Assembly (NCBI RefSeq): GCF_000011465.1
Contig: NC_005072.1
Span: 1,200,001-1,232,000 of the forward strand
Reading direction: 5' to 3'
Origin: Prochlorococcus marinus subsp. pastoris str. CCMP1986
GTDB taxonomy: Bacteria; Cyanobacteriota; Cyanobacteriia; PCC-6307; Cyanobiaceae
DNA length: 32,000 nt
A program made the translations under genes and the position numbers. Shown here in pieces: positions 9,067-17,914 of the stretch. The stretch's first letter is position 1, and the number at the start of each line of letters is the position of its first letter. The notes under the pieces were generated by a model, which saw only the letters and a program-made list of their open reading frames with translations, was not told where the DNA came from and did not search any database.

Positions 9067-9113
9067 AAATCAGTTAAAAAATCCATCCTGATAAATATTT
9101 AACAATTAATAGA

Positions 9114-9992
9114 TTATTCCAAGTAGTAAATTATTCTCTCTTCTTTAGATAAATTAAATTTACCATATTTCTCAATATATTTATTTTCAACTTGATTTAT
9201 ATCGATTGGACAAAGTTCTCTATAATTTCTATCTACGGTATCAATCCTTTCTGCTCTATTAAGTAGAACTCCATAAATAAATGCAGGAAATATCAATATA
9301 AGATTAATGGAAGATACAATAAAAGACCAATCAGATTTTCTTAAAATCCTTGCCAGATATTCGAAAAAAGATTTTACGGGGTATGGATGATAAGAGAAGC
9401 TAACTAACATTGAACTAAACTGAGATTTAATAACTTTGAACAGTTTCTTTTTTCTAGTCTTTATTGGAATTCTTGTTCTAAACAATTTATGTTTGATGGA
9501 AAGAAAAGCTCCTTTAGCCGCAAGTTTGTTACACAAAAGTCTATCTTCAGTATAGTAAACATTTGGATATCTATTTTTTAAAAGTAAATCTCTTGGAGCC
9601 ATATGTATTTGGTAGCCACTAAGAATAAAATTTTCAAACTCTAATCTTTTACTCAATTCATGAAATACTCTTATAAATGAATCTATATAAGGCCCCCATT
9701 TATCATCCGCATCTATATGTAGAATGACATATTTTCCTCTTGCTGCCTCAATTGATAAGTTCCTAGTATCACCCAATCTTCTCCTATAGTCTCTTGCAAG
9801 AGGTATGTATCTTAAGTTTTCATATACTTTTGAAAGATTTTTGAGTATTTCTACGGAAGAATCTTTTGAGCCATCATCAATAACGATAACTTCATATCTT
9901 TCATCCAATTGATCAAGAACACTTTTTAAAGATACTTCTAATGTTTCAGCCATATTATAATTACATACACAAACTGAATAAATAGGCTTCAT
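9114..9992 (-). CDS. glycosyltransferase family 2
   Basis: YSVCVCNYNMAETLEVSLKSVLDQLDERYEVIVIDDGSKDSSVEIL and HIDADDKWGPY. Confidence 0.92.
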   Translation of the reverse strand: MKPIYSVCVCNYNMAETLEVSLKSVLDQLDERYEVIVIDDGSKDSSVEILKNLSKVYENLRYIPLARDYRRRLGDTRNLSIEAARGKYVILHIDADDKWGPYIDSFIRVFHELSKRLEFENFILSGYQIHMAPRDLLLKNRYPNVYYTEDRLLCNKLAAKGAFLSIKHKLFRTRIPIKTRKKKLFKVIKSQFSSMLVSFSYHPYPVKSFFEYLARILRKSDWSFIVSSINLILIFPAFIYGVLLNRAERIDTVDRNYRELCPIDINQVENKYIEKYGKFNLSKEERIIYYLE

Positions 9993-10384
9993 ATAAAAAT
10001 TAAAATCACACTAATGTAAGATACTCCCGATTTAACTGCTGGGCAAATGTTAAAAAAATTCATATCTATAACTAAATCATCATTTTCTCCCAAAACTACT
10101 AAAAAGAGTTTGGCAGATATTAAAAACCTTTTTTGCAATATTTAAATCAAAAGGTGAAATTTCATTATTCATTAACTGTCAAGAAATTTAGACAATTTTA
10201 TAAAGCTAGAAAAGCCTTAGATTAATATTTAGAAAATAATGATCTCAAAGACTGGTCTTAAATGCGAAAGATAGACTATATAGTTAGAGGTTTAGAAAAA
10301 AAATATATTTATTTTTAACAAAAATTTTAATTTATAAAGGATGGTAAAGTTTCAAATAAATAAACATAAATTTTAGACAAATTT

Positions 10385-11374
10385 TCAATCCTTATATTCA
10401 TATGTCCATGATTTATTTGACAAATTCTCTATATTTTCAGATATCCATATATTAATAATATTGAGTCCCTCATCAAGAGATACTTCAGGTTCCCAATTTA
10501 AAACATTTTTAGATTTTTTTATATCAAGTCTGTAATATCTATCTTTCCCAGGCCTTTCTGGACCAAACTTTAAAATTCTAGATTTATCGACATTAGTTAA
10601 ATTACAAATCTTATTTACTAATGACATTATAGATATCTCTTCATTAGAACTAAAATTAAATTCTTGTCCAATTCCATCAAATTTGATCATACTGTCAATG
10701 GCGCTAACAATATCCTTTGAAAATATAAAAGATCTTCTAGATTCTCCTTTGCCATCCAAAATAAAATTCCTTTCACTTCTACAAGACAAAAATAGTCTTG
10801 GAATAATTCTATAAAGTTGTTGACCAACTCCATAAAAATTTGCAAACCTACCAATTAAATATGGAAAGTTATATTGCTTGTAAAGACATCTCAAATTAAA
10901 ATCTATTGCAGCATGCGAAACTGCATATGGAGTTGAGGGGTTAAAACATTCATCTTCTTTAAGAAAATTTTCATTACTTCCGAAAACTTCAGGAGTTCCT
11001 ATTCTTATATATTTTTGTAAAAAGGAAGAATCTATTAATGCATTCATCAATCTTGACTTGATTGCAATATTTGTTGTGTACCAAACTTCAGGTTTTAACC
11101 AACTTGGAGCAACCATCCCTTGTCCCATAAAATCAATAATGAAGTTTGGTTTTAATCTATTAATATGACTTATCATTTCCTCAACATCATTAGTTAGGTT
11201 ATATTCAAACCATCTATTCCCCAGATCATTTTTATATTTTTTTATCCATGGCCACTGATAATGATCCTTAACTCTACTTCTATTAAAACCATAAACATCA
11301 TAATTTCGTTCTAAATATTCTGAGAAAATGAGTTGTCCTGCAAAAGAACCTGATCCAAGAATAAGATATTTCAT
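10385..11374 (-). CDS. NAD-dependent nucleotide-sugar epimerase/dehydratase (extended SDR), atypical active site
   Basis: GSGSFAGQLIFSEYLERNYDVYGFNRS, RIGTPEVFGSNE, NPSTPYAVSHAAIDF, RFANFYGVGQQLYRIIPR. Confidence 0.85.
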   Translation of the reverse strand: MKYLILGSGSFAGQLIFSEYLERNYDVYGFNRSRVKDHYQWPWIKKYKNDLGNRWFEYNLTNDVEEMISHINRLKPNFIIDFMGQGMVAPSWLKPEVWYTTNIAIKSRLMNALIDSSFLQKYIRIGTPEVFGSNENFLKEDECFNPSTPYAVSHAAIDFNLRCLYKQYNFPYLIGRFANFYGVGQQLYRIIPRLFLSCRSERNFILDGKGESRRSFIFSKDIVSAIDSMIKFDGIGQEFNFSSNEEISIMSLVNKICNLTNVDKSRILKFGPERPGKDRYYRLDIKKSKNVLNWEPEVSLDEGLNIINIWISENIENLSNKSWTYEYKD

Positions 11375-11577
11375 ATATAGTTTTAATAATTTATATATTA
11401 TTGCACTTTAAGAAGGCAAGTTAAATTTAAAAAAAATTTCAATTGATAAAAATAATCTTATCTTTCTAATTTCTTTCTATTTAAAAGCTTAATTAATAAA
11501 AACAGATCATCTACAAAGCAATATATTAAACACAATAGAATTAAGTTACTATATTAATTTAAAGTAAAAAAAAATTA

Positions 11578-12726
11578 ATGAAGAATTTTTATCCTCAACA
11601 ATATCAAACAGATTCAGAATTTAATATTAACCACAACTATTTAAAGGAACAATTTTCAGACTATAAAGAAATTTTTAATGAAATTGAGAAAGTTGTTAGA
11701 GACGGAGATTTCACTTTAGGTCAATCTGTTAACGACGTAGAAGAACTCATAGCTAAAGAAGCTTCGACAAAATATGCTATAGGTGTAGGAAGTGGAACTG
11801 ATGCTATTTTTTTAAGTCTTAAAGCATTAGGTATCGGGCCTGGTGATGAAGTAATTACAACAACTTACACTTTTTATGCCACTATTGGTGCGATAGTTAC
11901 AGCTGGAGCAAGACCTGTTTTCTGCGATATTAAAGACGACTTTAATATAAATACAGAAGAGATAGTTTCCAAAATTAATTCAAAAACGAAAGCAATTATT
12001 CCTGTTCACTGGGCAGGCAGATCTTGTGAAATGGAAAAAATAAATAAAATTGCTTTTGATAATAACTTATATGTTATTGAAGATGCTTGTCATGCCATTC
12101 AAGGTGAATATAAATCTAAGAGATGCGGTTCTTTAGGGGACTTGGGATGTTTCAGTTTTCATCCTCTTAAAAATCTCAATGTATGGGGAGATGGAGGAAT
12201 AATAACCACCTCAAATGAAGATCTTGCTAATAAATTAAAACTAATTAGAAACCATGGTCTTATAAATAGAAATACATGTGTAGAGTTTGCTTACAACTCT
12301 CGCCTCGATTCTATTCAGGCTGTCATTGCTCGTTATTTAATAAAAAATAAACTTCAAAATATAACACATACAAGAATCACGAATGCTCATCTTCTAGATC
12401 AAATGCTAAAAGATATACCACAGGTAAATCACCCTAAAAGATTTTCAGAATTAAAAGAAGTTTTCCATCTATATGTATTTAAAGTAGAAAATAGGGATGG
12501 GCTTTATCAATATTTAAGAGAAAATGGTATAGATGCAAAAATTCATTATCCAGTACCTATGCATTTACAGCCTGCTGCTAAAACCTTTGGTTATAAAATT
12601 GGGGATTTCCCTATAGCAGAAATTGCAGCAAATCAAACAATCTCTTTGCCAGTTCACGAATTCATAAGTTTCGAGCAGATTGAAAAAATGTCTACTATCA
12701 TCCATAAGTATTACTCCAGTATTTAA
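11578..12726 (+). CDS. DegT/DnrJ/EryC1/StrS family PLP aminotransferase (copy 1)
   Basis: GVGSGTDAIFLSLKALGIGPGDEVITT, VIEDACHAIQG, CFSFHPLKNLNVWGDGGIITT (PLP lysine). Confidence 0.93.
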   Translation: MKNFYPQQYQTDSEFNINHNYLKEQFSDYKEIFNEIEKVVRDGDFTLGQSVNDVEELIAKEASTKYAIGVGSGTDAIFLSLKALGIGPGDEVITTTYTFYATIGAIVTAGARPVFCDIKDDFNINTEEIVSKINSKTKAIIPVHWAGRSCEMEKINKIAFDNNLYVIEDACHAIQGEYKSKRCGSLGDLGCFSFHPLKNLNVWGDGGIITTSNEDLANKLKLIRNHGLINRNTCVEFAYNSRLDSIQAVIARYLIKNKLQNITHTRITNAHLLDQMLKDIPQVNHPKRFSELKEVFHLYVFKVENRDGLYQYLRENGIDAKIHYPVPMHLQPAAKTFGYKIGDFPIAEIAANQTISLPVHEFISFEQIEKMSTIIHKYYSSI

Positions 12727-12736
12727 AGATAATAAT

Positions 12737-13846
12737 ATGAATATTCCTTTCGTTAATTTATCTAGAGAAGCAGATTATTTTCTTCCATTACTTCTTCAAA
12801 AAACTGAAAAAGTTCTAAAATCCGGAATCTATATAAATGGACCAAATGTCAAAGAATTAGAAAAGAAAGTCGCAATTTATCTAAATGTAAAATATGTTGT
12901 TTCTGTTGGTAATGGATCAGATGCACTTACTTTTATATTGAGGTCTCTAAACTTAAGCTCTAGTGATGAAATTATTTGCCCTGCCAATTCTTTTATTGCA
13001 ACTGCATGGTCAATTATTGCATCAGGAGCAAAACCAGTTTTTTGTGATGTTGATAAAAACTTTCTTCTAGATATTGATGATTTCAAAAAGAAAGTCAACA
13101 ATAATACAAGAGCAGTAATTCCAGTACACTTAACTGGCAAAGTTTTCCCTACTGAGCAAATTTTAGATTTTTGTTCTGCCAAAAGTATTAAGATAATTGA
13201 AGATGCCGCCCAGTCATTTGGGGCTGGTAAAAATAACGAATATAAAACCGGAGCTATAAGTGATGCAGCGGCTTTTAGTTTGCATCCTCTCAAAAATTTC
13301 GCTATCTATGGGGACGGAGGATTAATTTCAACAAATGATCCAGAAATAGCTGATAATTGCAACCTGCTGAGAAATCATGGGTTAAAAAATAGAGACGAAG
13401 CGAAAATCTGGGGATATAACTCTAGGCTTGATGAGTTACAAGCAGCTTATGCTTTAACAAAATTGGCAGAGATAGATAATTTAAACAATAGATATATCGA
13501 GATCGCAAAAAGATACGATAATGGGATCTCTCCAATTGCAAAAAAACCAGAATTAAGAAAAGAATATAAGGACGTTTTTCATAATTATGTTATTCTCGTT
13601 CCAGAAATAAGAAGAAACTCTATAATGAGTAATCTTTATCAAAAAGGGATCGAGACAAAAATTCATTACCCCATTCCTTTACACTTACAGGAATGTTCCA
13701 AAAATTTAAATTATAAAATTGGTGATATACCAAGATGTGAACAATACGCAAACTCAATGATAAGTCTTCCAATATATCCAACACTTTCTAACGAAGAAGT
13801 TGATTATATAATTGATACTCTTAATAATGAATTAATGTCAATTTGA
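12737..13846 (+). CDS. DegT/DnrJ/EryC1/StrS family PLP aminotransferase (copy 2)
   Basis: NIPFVNLSREADYF, SVGNGSDALTFILRSLNLSSSDEIICP, IIEDAAQSFGA, AFSLHPLKNFAIYGDGGLIST. Start taken at ATG 12737 rather than TTG 12680 in the track. Confidence 0.93.
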   Translation: MNIPFVNLSREADYFLPLLLQKTEKVLKSGIYINGPNVKELEKKVAIYLNVKYVVSVGNGSDALTFILRSLNLSSSDEIICPANSFIATAWSIIASGAKPVFCDVDKNFLLDIDDFKKKVNNNTRAVIPVHLTGKVFPTEQILDFCSAKSIKIIEDAAQSFGAGKNNEYKTGAISDAAAFSLHPLKNFAIYGDGGLISTNDPEIADNCNLLRNHGLKNRDEAKIWGYNSRLDELQAAYALTKLAEIDNLNNRYIEIAKRYDNGISPIAKKPELRKEYKDVFHNYVILVPEIRRNSIMSNLYQKGIETKIHYPIPLHLQECSKNLNYKIGDIPRCEQYANSMISLPIYPTLSNEEVDYIIDTLNNELMSI

Positions 13847-13938
13847 TAAATAGAAATATGTTTAATCTAGTAAATAGTTTTATAAAATTTATTAAATATA
13901 AAACTTAATTTTTAAATATTATTTTATAGGAAAATATT

Positions 13939-14874
13939 TTGCGTAATCTTATTACTGGTGGAGCAGGTTTTTTAGGTTCCCATTTAGTTGATTATTTAAT
14001 GAATAAGGGAGAAGATGTCATTTGCCTAGACAACTTTTCCACTGGTTCAAAAGATAATATCGCACTTTGGATTGGGAATAATCGATTTAAGCTAATAAAT
14101 CAAAATATTATTTATCCTTTTTTCTGTGAAGCAGATAGGATATGGCATCTAGCTTGTCCAGCATCTCCTCTAAATTATCTAAACAAACCTATAGAGACTT
14201 TAAACACAATTTTTTTGGGAACTGATAACATTTTGAAACTTTCAAAAAAAATTAATGCAAGAATTCTAATAGCCAGCACAAGTGAAATATATGGTAATCC
14301 AAAAATTTCTCCTCAGAAAGAAACCTATAATGGATCAGTAAATCCAATAAGTAAAAGAAGTTGTTACGTAGAGGGTAAAAGAGTAGCAGAAACTTTATCT
14401 TTTGAATTTAAAAGGATTCACAACATTGATCTTAGACTGGTAAGGATTTTCAATACATATGGCCCAAGAATGATGAAGAATGATGGTAGAGTAGTAAGTA
14501 ATTTTATTTATCAAGGACTCAATAATAAACCTTTGACTATTTATGGTAATGGTTTGCAAACAAGATCTTTTTGTTATGTAGATGACATGATTGCAGGACT
14601 TTCTAGAGCTATGAATTCTAATTATTCTCATCCTATAAATTTAGGTAACCCTGAAGAAATAACCATTAAAAATCTCGCACAGAAAATTTCTCTGAATTTA
14701 AATAAGAAGCTAAACTTACAATATCTTAAACTGCCAGAAGATGACCCTATCCAAAGAAAACCTTGTATTGAAGTTGCTATTCAAGAATTGAAATGGCAGC
14801 CTAAAATATCTTTGAATAATGGTCTAGACAAAACCATCCATTATTTTGTTGAACGCTTTAAAAATGAAAGATAG
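13939..14874 (+). CDS. UDP-glucuronate decarboxylase-like SDR (UDP-xylose synthase type)
   Basis: LITGGAGFLGSHLVDYLMNKGEDVICLDNFSTGSKDNI, DRIWHLACPASPLNY, STSEIYGNPKISPQ, RSCYVEGKRVAETL, RIFNTYGPRM; TTG start. Confidence 0.9.
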   Translation: MRNLITGGAGFLGSHLVDYLMNKGEDVICLDNFSTGSKDNIALWIGNNRFKLINQNIIYPFFCEADRIWHLACPASPLNYLNKPIETLNTIFLGTDNILKLSKKINARILIASTSEIYGNPKISPQKETYNGSVNPISKRSCYVEGKRVAETLSFEFKRIHNIDLRLVRIFNTYGPRMMKNDGRVVSNFIYQGLNNKPLTIYGNGLQTRSFCYVDDMIAGLSRAMNSNYSHPINLGNPEEITIKNLAQKISLNLNKKLNLQYLKLPEDDPIQRKPCIEVAIQELKWQPKISLNNGLDKTIHYFVERFKNER

Positions 14875-16288
14875 CGAAGTTAAGAACATCTGTTGCATTG
14901 GCGCGGGGTATGTTGGAGGACCAACGATGGCAGTAATTGCCGATAATTGTCCTTCTTTAAAAGTAAATGTAGTTGATATTAACGAAGAAAGGATCAAAAA
15001 ATGGAATGAAAAAGATTTTGACCGACTTCCTATATATGAACCTGGTTTAGCTGAAATAATTAAGAGATGTAGAAATAAAAATCTATTTTTTAGTATAGAT
15101 ATTAAAAAGCATATCGAATCAGCAGATATGATATTCCTTTCGGTAAATACTCCAATAAAAAAAAGTGGTCTTGGTAAAGGTCAAGCAAGTGATTTAAAAT
15201 ATATTGAATCTTCTACAAGAGAAATTGCGAAATATGCCAAAGGAGAGACCATAATCGTCGAAAAAAGCACTTTACCAGTAAGAACAGCCGAAACAATAAA
15301 GAGTATTCTTGAATCTAATGATAAATCGTTCAACAATCAAAAATTTAGTGTACTATCAAATCCTGAATTTCTTGCCGAAGGTACTGCTATTAATGACTTA
15401 GAAAATCCAGATAGAGTTTTAATAGGAGGAGAGAATCCTGAAGCAATTACTGCTTTAGAAGAAATTTATGTAAATTGGGTTGATAAAAATAAAATTTTAA
15501 AAACAAATTTGTGGAGTTCAGAATTATCTAAATTAGTAGCTAATGCATTCTTAGCACAAAGAATAAGTTCTATTAATTCGATATCTGCAATATGTGAAAC
15601 TACAGGTGCTGATATTAATGAAGTTTCTAGAGCAATTGGTATGGACACAAGGATTGGAGAAAAATTCCTAAATGCAGGACCTGGATATGGAGGAAGTTGT
15701 TTCAAAAAAGACATTCTGAATCTTGTTTACTTATCTAAATATTATGGCCTAAATGAAGTTGCTTCATATTGGCAAAAGGTAGTAGATTTAAATGTTTGGC
15801 AACAACATAGAATACGTAAGATAATTGTTAAAAAGTTATTTAATAACCTTACAAGTAAAAAAATTGGAATTATGGGATTTTCTTTTAAAGCAAATACTAA
15901 CGACACTAGAGAATCTCCTGCTATTCAAATATGTAAAGACCTAATTGAAGAAGGCGCAGATTTAAGGATTTATGATCCTAAAGTAAATAAATTCCAAATC
16001 GAAAAAGATCTTGAACAAAATCAATTTAACGATAATGGAGAGGGCTCTTGGACTCTTTGCAAATCAATAAAAGACATCGCTATAGATGCTGATGCAATAG
16101 TAATAGCGACTGAATGGGAAGAATTTAAATCTTTAGATTGGTCTGATATCTCTAGATTAATGAGATCACCTAAATGGTTATTTGATACAAGGGGGATAAC
16201 AAATTCCAAAGATATTAAACAGCATAATATTAATTATTGGAAGATTGGGTTAGGAGATTCATCCTCTAATATAAAATTCAATTTCTAA
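14864..16288 (+). CDS. UDP-glucose/GDP-mannose dehydrogenase family protein (UDP-glucose 6-dehydrogenase)
   Basis: NICCIGAGYVGGPTMAVIADNCP, GPGYGGSCFKKDILNL with catalytic Cys, GIMGFSFKANTNDTRESPAI. Start taken at MKDSEVKN; the track starts at 14846. Confidence 0.92.
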   Translation: MKDSEVKNICCIGAGYVGGPTMAVIADNCPSLKVNVVDINEERIKKWNEKDFDRLPIYEPGLAEIIKRCRNKNLFFSIDIKKHIESADMIFLSVNTPIKKSGLGKGQASDLKYIESSTREIAKYAKGETIIVEKSTLPVRTAETIKSILESNDKSFNNQKFSVLSNPEFLAEGTAINDLENPDRVLIGGENPEAITALEEIYVNWVDKNKILKTNLWSSELSKLVANAFLAQRISSINSISAICETTGADINEVSRAIGMDTRIGEKFLNAGPGYGGSCFKKDILNLVYLSKYYGLNEVASYWQKVVDLNVWQQHRIRKIIVKKLFNNLTSKKIGIMGFSFKANTNDTRESPAIQICKDLIEEGADLRIYDPKVNKFQIEKDLEQNQFNDNGEGSWTLCKSIKDIAIDADAIVIATEWEEFKSLDWSDISRLMRSPKWLFDTRGITNSKDIKQHNINYWKIGLGDSSSNIKFNF

Positions 16289-16901
16289 CTGATCTCCATA
16301 CAGCTAATAACTTGCCTTGAAAAGTAACTTCATTTAAGTTTAATTCAATAGGATCATAGGCAGGATTTGCTGCTTCTAAATATATCTTCCCATTTCTTTT
16401 AAAGAAATATTTTAAAGTTGTCCCTAAACCAGGAACCAATGCACTTACAATGGTTCCGTTTCTTAAGGAAAATGAATCCTTAATTGGTTCCATCAAAACC
16501 ATATCCCCATCAGCAATACATGCATCGATCATTGAATCGCCATTTACTGTAAGTGCAAAAACATCTTTTTTTCTAAAAATTTCTGAGACATCTAAATTTT
16601 CTTGGAGGTCGGAAAATGTTTCAATTAAGCCACCAGCTGCCACTGAACCCATAATTGGGACTCCCTCAAAGATCTCATCAACTATTTGCATAGTTCTAGC
16701 TTTTCCTTCTTGCCAGGATATATATCCCTTATCTTGCAAATGCCTTAAGCGACTTTGAACAGGGGCTGGAGATTTCAAACCCATAGCTTTCATCATTTGT
16801 CTAATAGAGGGACTATGTTGAAAATCTCGCATATAATTTTTTATCCAGTTAAAAAGCTCATTTTGAGCAGCGGTAAGATCATTATCAATAGAAGGGGGCA
16901 T
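16278..16901 (-). CDS. lexA: LexA repressor
   Basis: N-terminal HTH (SPSIRQMMKAMGLKSPAPVQSRLRHLQDKGYI), AAG cleavage region (GSVAAGGLIETF), catalytic Ser (GDSMIDACIADGD) and Lys region. Confidence 0.93.
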   Translation of the reverse strand: MPPSIDNDLTAAQNELFNWIKNYMRDFQHSPSIRQMMKAMGLKSPAPVQSRLRHLQDKGYISWQEGKARTMQIVDEIFEGVPIMGSVAAGGLIETFSDLQENLDVSEIFRKKDVFALTVNGDSMIDACIADGDMVLMEPIKDSFSLRNGTIVSALVPGLGTTLKYFFKRNGKIYLEAANPAYDPIELNLNEVTFQGKLLAVWRSVRN

Positions 16902-16902
16902 T

Positions 16903-16916
16903 GGAACAAATGTACT
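16903..16916 (-). promoter_or_regulatory. putative cyanobacterial LexA (SOS) box AGTACATTTGTTCC
   Basis: Reverse-strand sequence matches the reported cyanobacterial consensus RGTACNNNDGTWCB at every fixed position; 1 nt upstream of the lexA ATG. Confidence 0.72.
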
Positions 16917-16918
16917 CT

Positions 16919-16932
16919 AATACATTTGTACC
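16919..16932 (-). promoter_or_regulatory. second, degenerate LexA-box-like site GGTACAAATGTATT
   Basis: GGTACAAATGTATT differs from RGTACNNNDGTWCB only at the final C; start-to-start offset from the first site is 16 nt. Confidence 0.4.
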
Positions 16933-16959
16933 TCTTAATATTTAAAATTGCAAGTGACC

Positions 16960-17886
16960 TTAATAAAGAAGGCAGGATAAGAGTGCTTGTTGAACATGCA
17001 TTCTATTTTCTGCTTGATCAAAAATTCTATTTTTTTTACTTTCAAATACTTCATCAGTTATCTCTTTAGATCTATAGGCAGGGAGGCAATGAAGAATAAT
17101 TGCTTCTTTATCAGCCTTACTTACTAAATCATTATCAATAGTGAATCCATTAAAGACTTTATCTTTCTCAGCCTTTTGATTTTCCTCCCCCATTGATGAC
17201 CAAACATCTGTATAAAGAACATTTGCACCAAGAACAGCAGTATCGGGATCATTAGTGATTTTCAATAAATTCCTATTTTTATATATTTCATACGCTTTAT
17301 TGATCACCATAGAGTTGGGTTCATATCCCTTAGGACAGGCAATTCTAACTTCTACTCCTAATAATGCCCCGCACAAAATAAGAGAATTTGCGACATTATT
17401 TCCATCACCTATAAATGTCAAAACCACATCTTTAAAATCAAGAAATTCCTCATAAATTGTTAAAAAATCAGCTAAAGCCTGACATGGATGTTCTAAATCT
17501 GTAAGAGCATTAATAACTGGCTTCGTAGACCACCTTGCATATTCTTCCAAATCTGCATGATTAAAAGTTCTAATCGCAATTACATCACAATATCTGCTTA
17601 GAACTCTTGCAGTATCTTTAATTGGTTCTCCCCTCTCTATCTGTGATGTTGTTGGGTTGAGGTCAATAGTGGTTCCCCCAAGCCTAGACATCGCAACTTG
17701 GAAACTAACCCTTGTACGAGTCGATGATTTATCAAAAATCAAACCTAAGACTTTATTATGTAGATTAATATTTAATTTTTTATTTTTAAATTTTTTAGAA
17801 AGATCTAAAATATGAAAAACTTCATCTGTTGTAATATCCAAGCTTGATAAAAAGTTTTTATTAGCAAGCCTGTTTGGTTTAATCAT
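16960..17886 (-). CDS. argF: ornithine carbamoyltransferase
   Basis: FDKSSTRTRVSFQVAMSRLGG, DLEHPCQALADF, DVVLTFIGDGNNVANSL, ILHCLPAYRSKEIT. Confidence 0.95.
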   Translation of the reverse strand: MIKPNRLANKNFLSSLDITTDEVFHILDLSKKFKNKKLNINLHNKVLGLIFDKSSTRTRVSFQVAMSRLGGTTIDLNPTTSQIERGEPIKDTARVLSRYCDVIAIRTFNHADLEEYARWSTKPVINALTDLEHPCQALADFLTIYEEFLDFKDVVLTFIGDGNNVANSLILCGALLGVEVRIACPKGYEPNSMVINKAYEIYKNRNLLKITNDPDTAVLGANVLYTDVWSSMGEENQKAEKDKVFNGFTIDNDLVSKADKEAIILHCLPAYRSKEITDEVFESKKNRIFDQAENRMHVQQALLSCLLY

Positions 17887-17914
17887 AAATATTTCTAATA
17901 AAATCTAATTTCGA

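Noticed and set aside
11578-13846. 47-bp overlap between the two aminotransferase ORFs
   Set aside because: Caused by a TTG start chosen in the track (12680). The ATG at 12737 (MNIPFVNLSREADYF) fits the family N-terminus and removes the overlap.
12877-14631. Antisense ORFs 12877..13293 and 14395..14631
   Set aside because: Shadows of the DegT aminotransferase and UXS-like genes on the opposite strand.
1-16288. Anti-phage defence system or prophage within the variable region
   Set aside because: No nuclease, toxin-antitoxin, transposase, integrase or phage structural genes were recognised. All supportable genes fit glycan or nucleotide-sugar metabolism.
15466-17455. ORFs 15466..15714, 16021..16209, 16450..16758, 16755..17069, 17255..17455
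   Set aside because: Antisense or edge-overlapping frames on UDP-glucose dehydrogenase, lexA and argF; no homologous features recognised.
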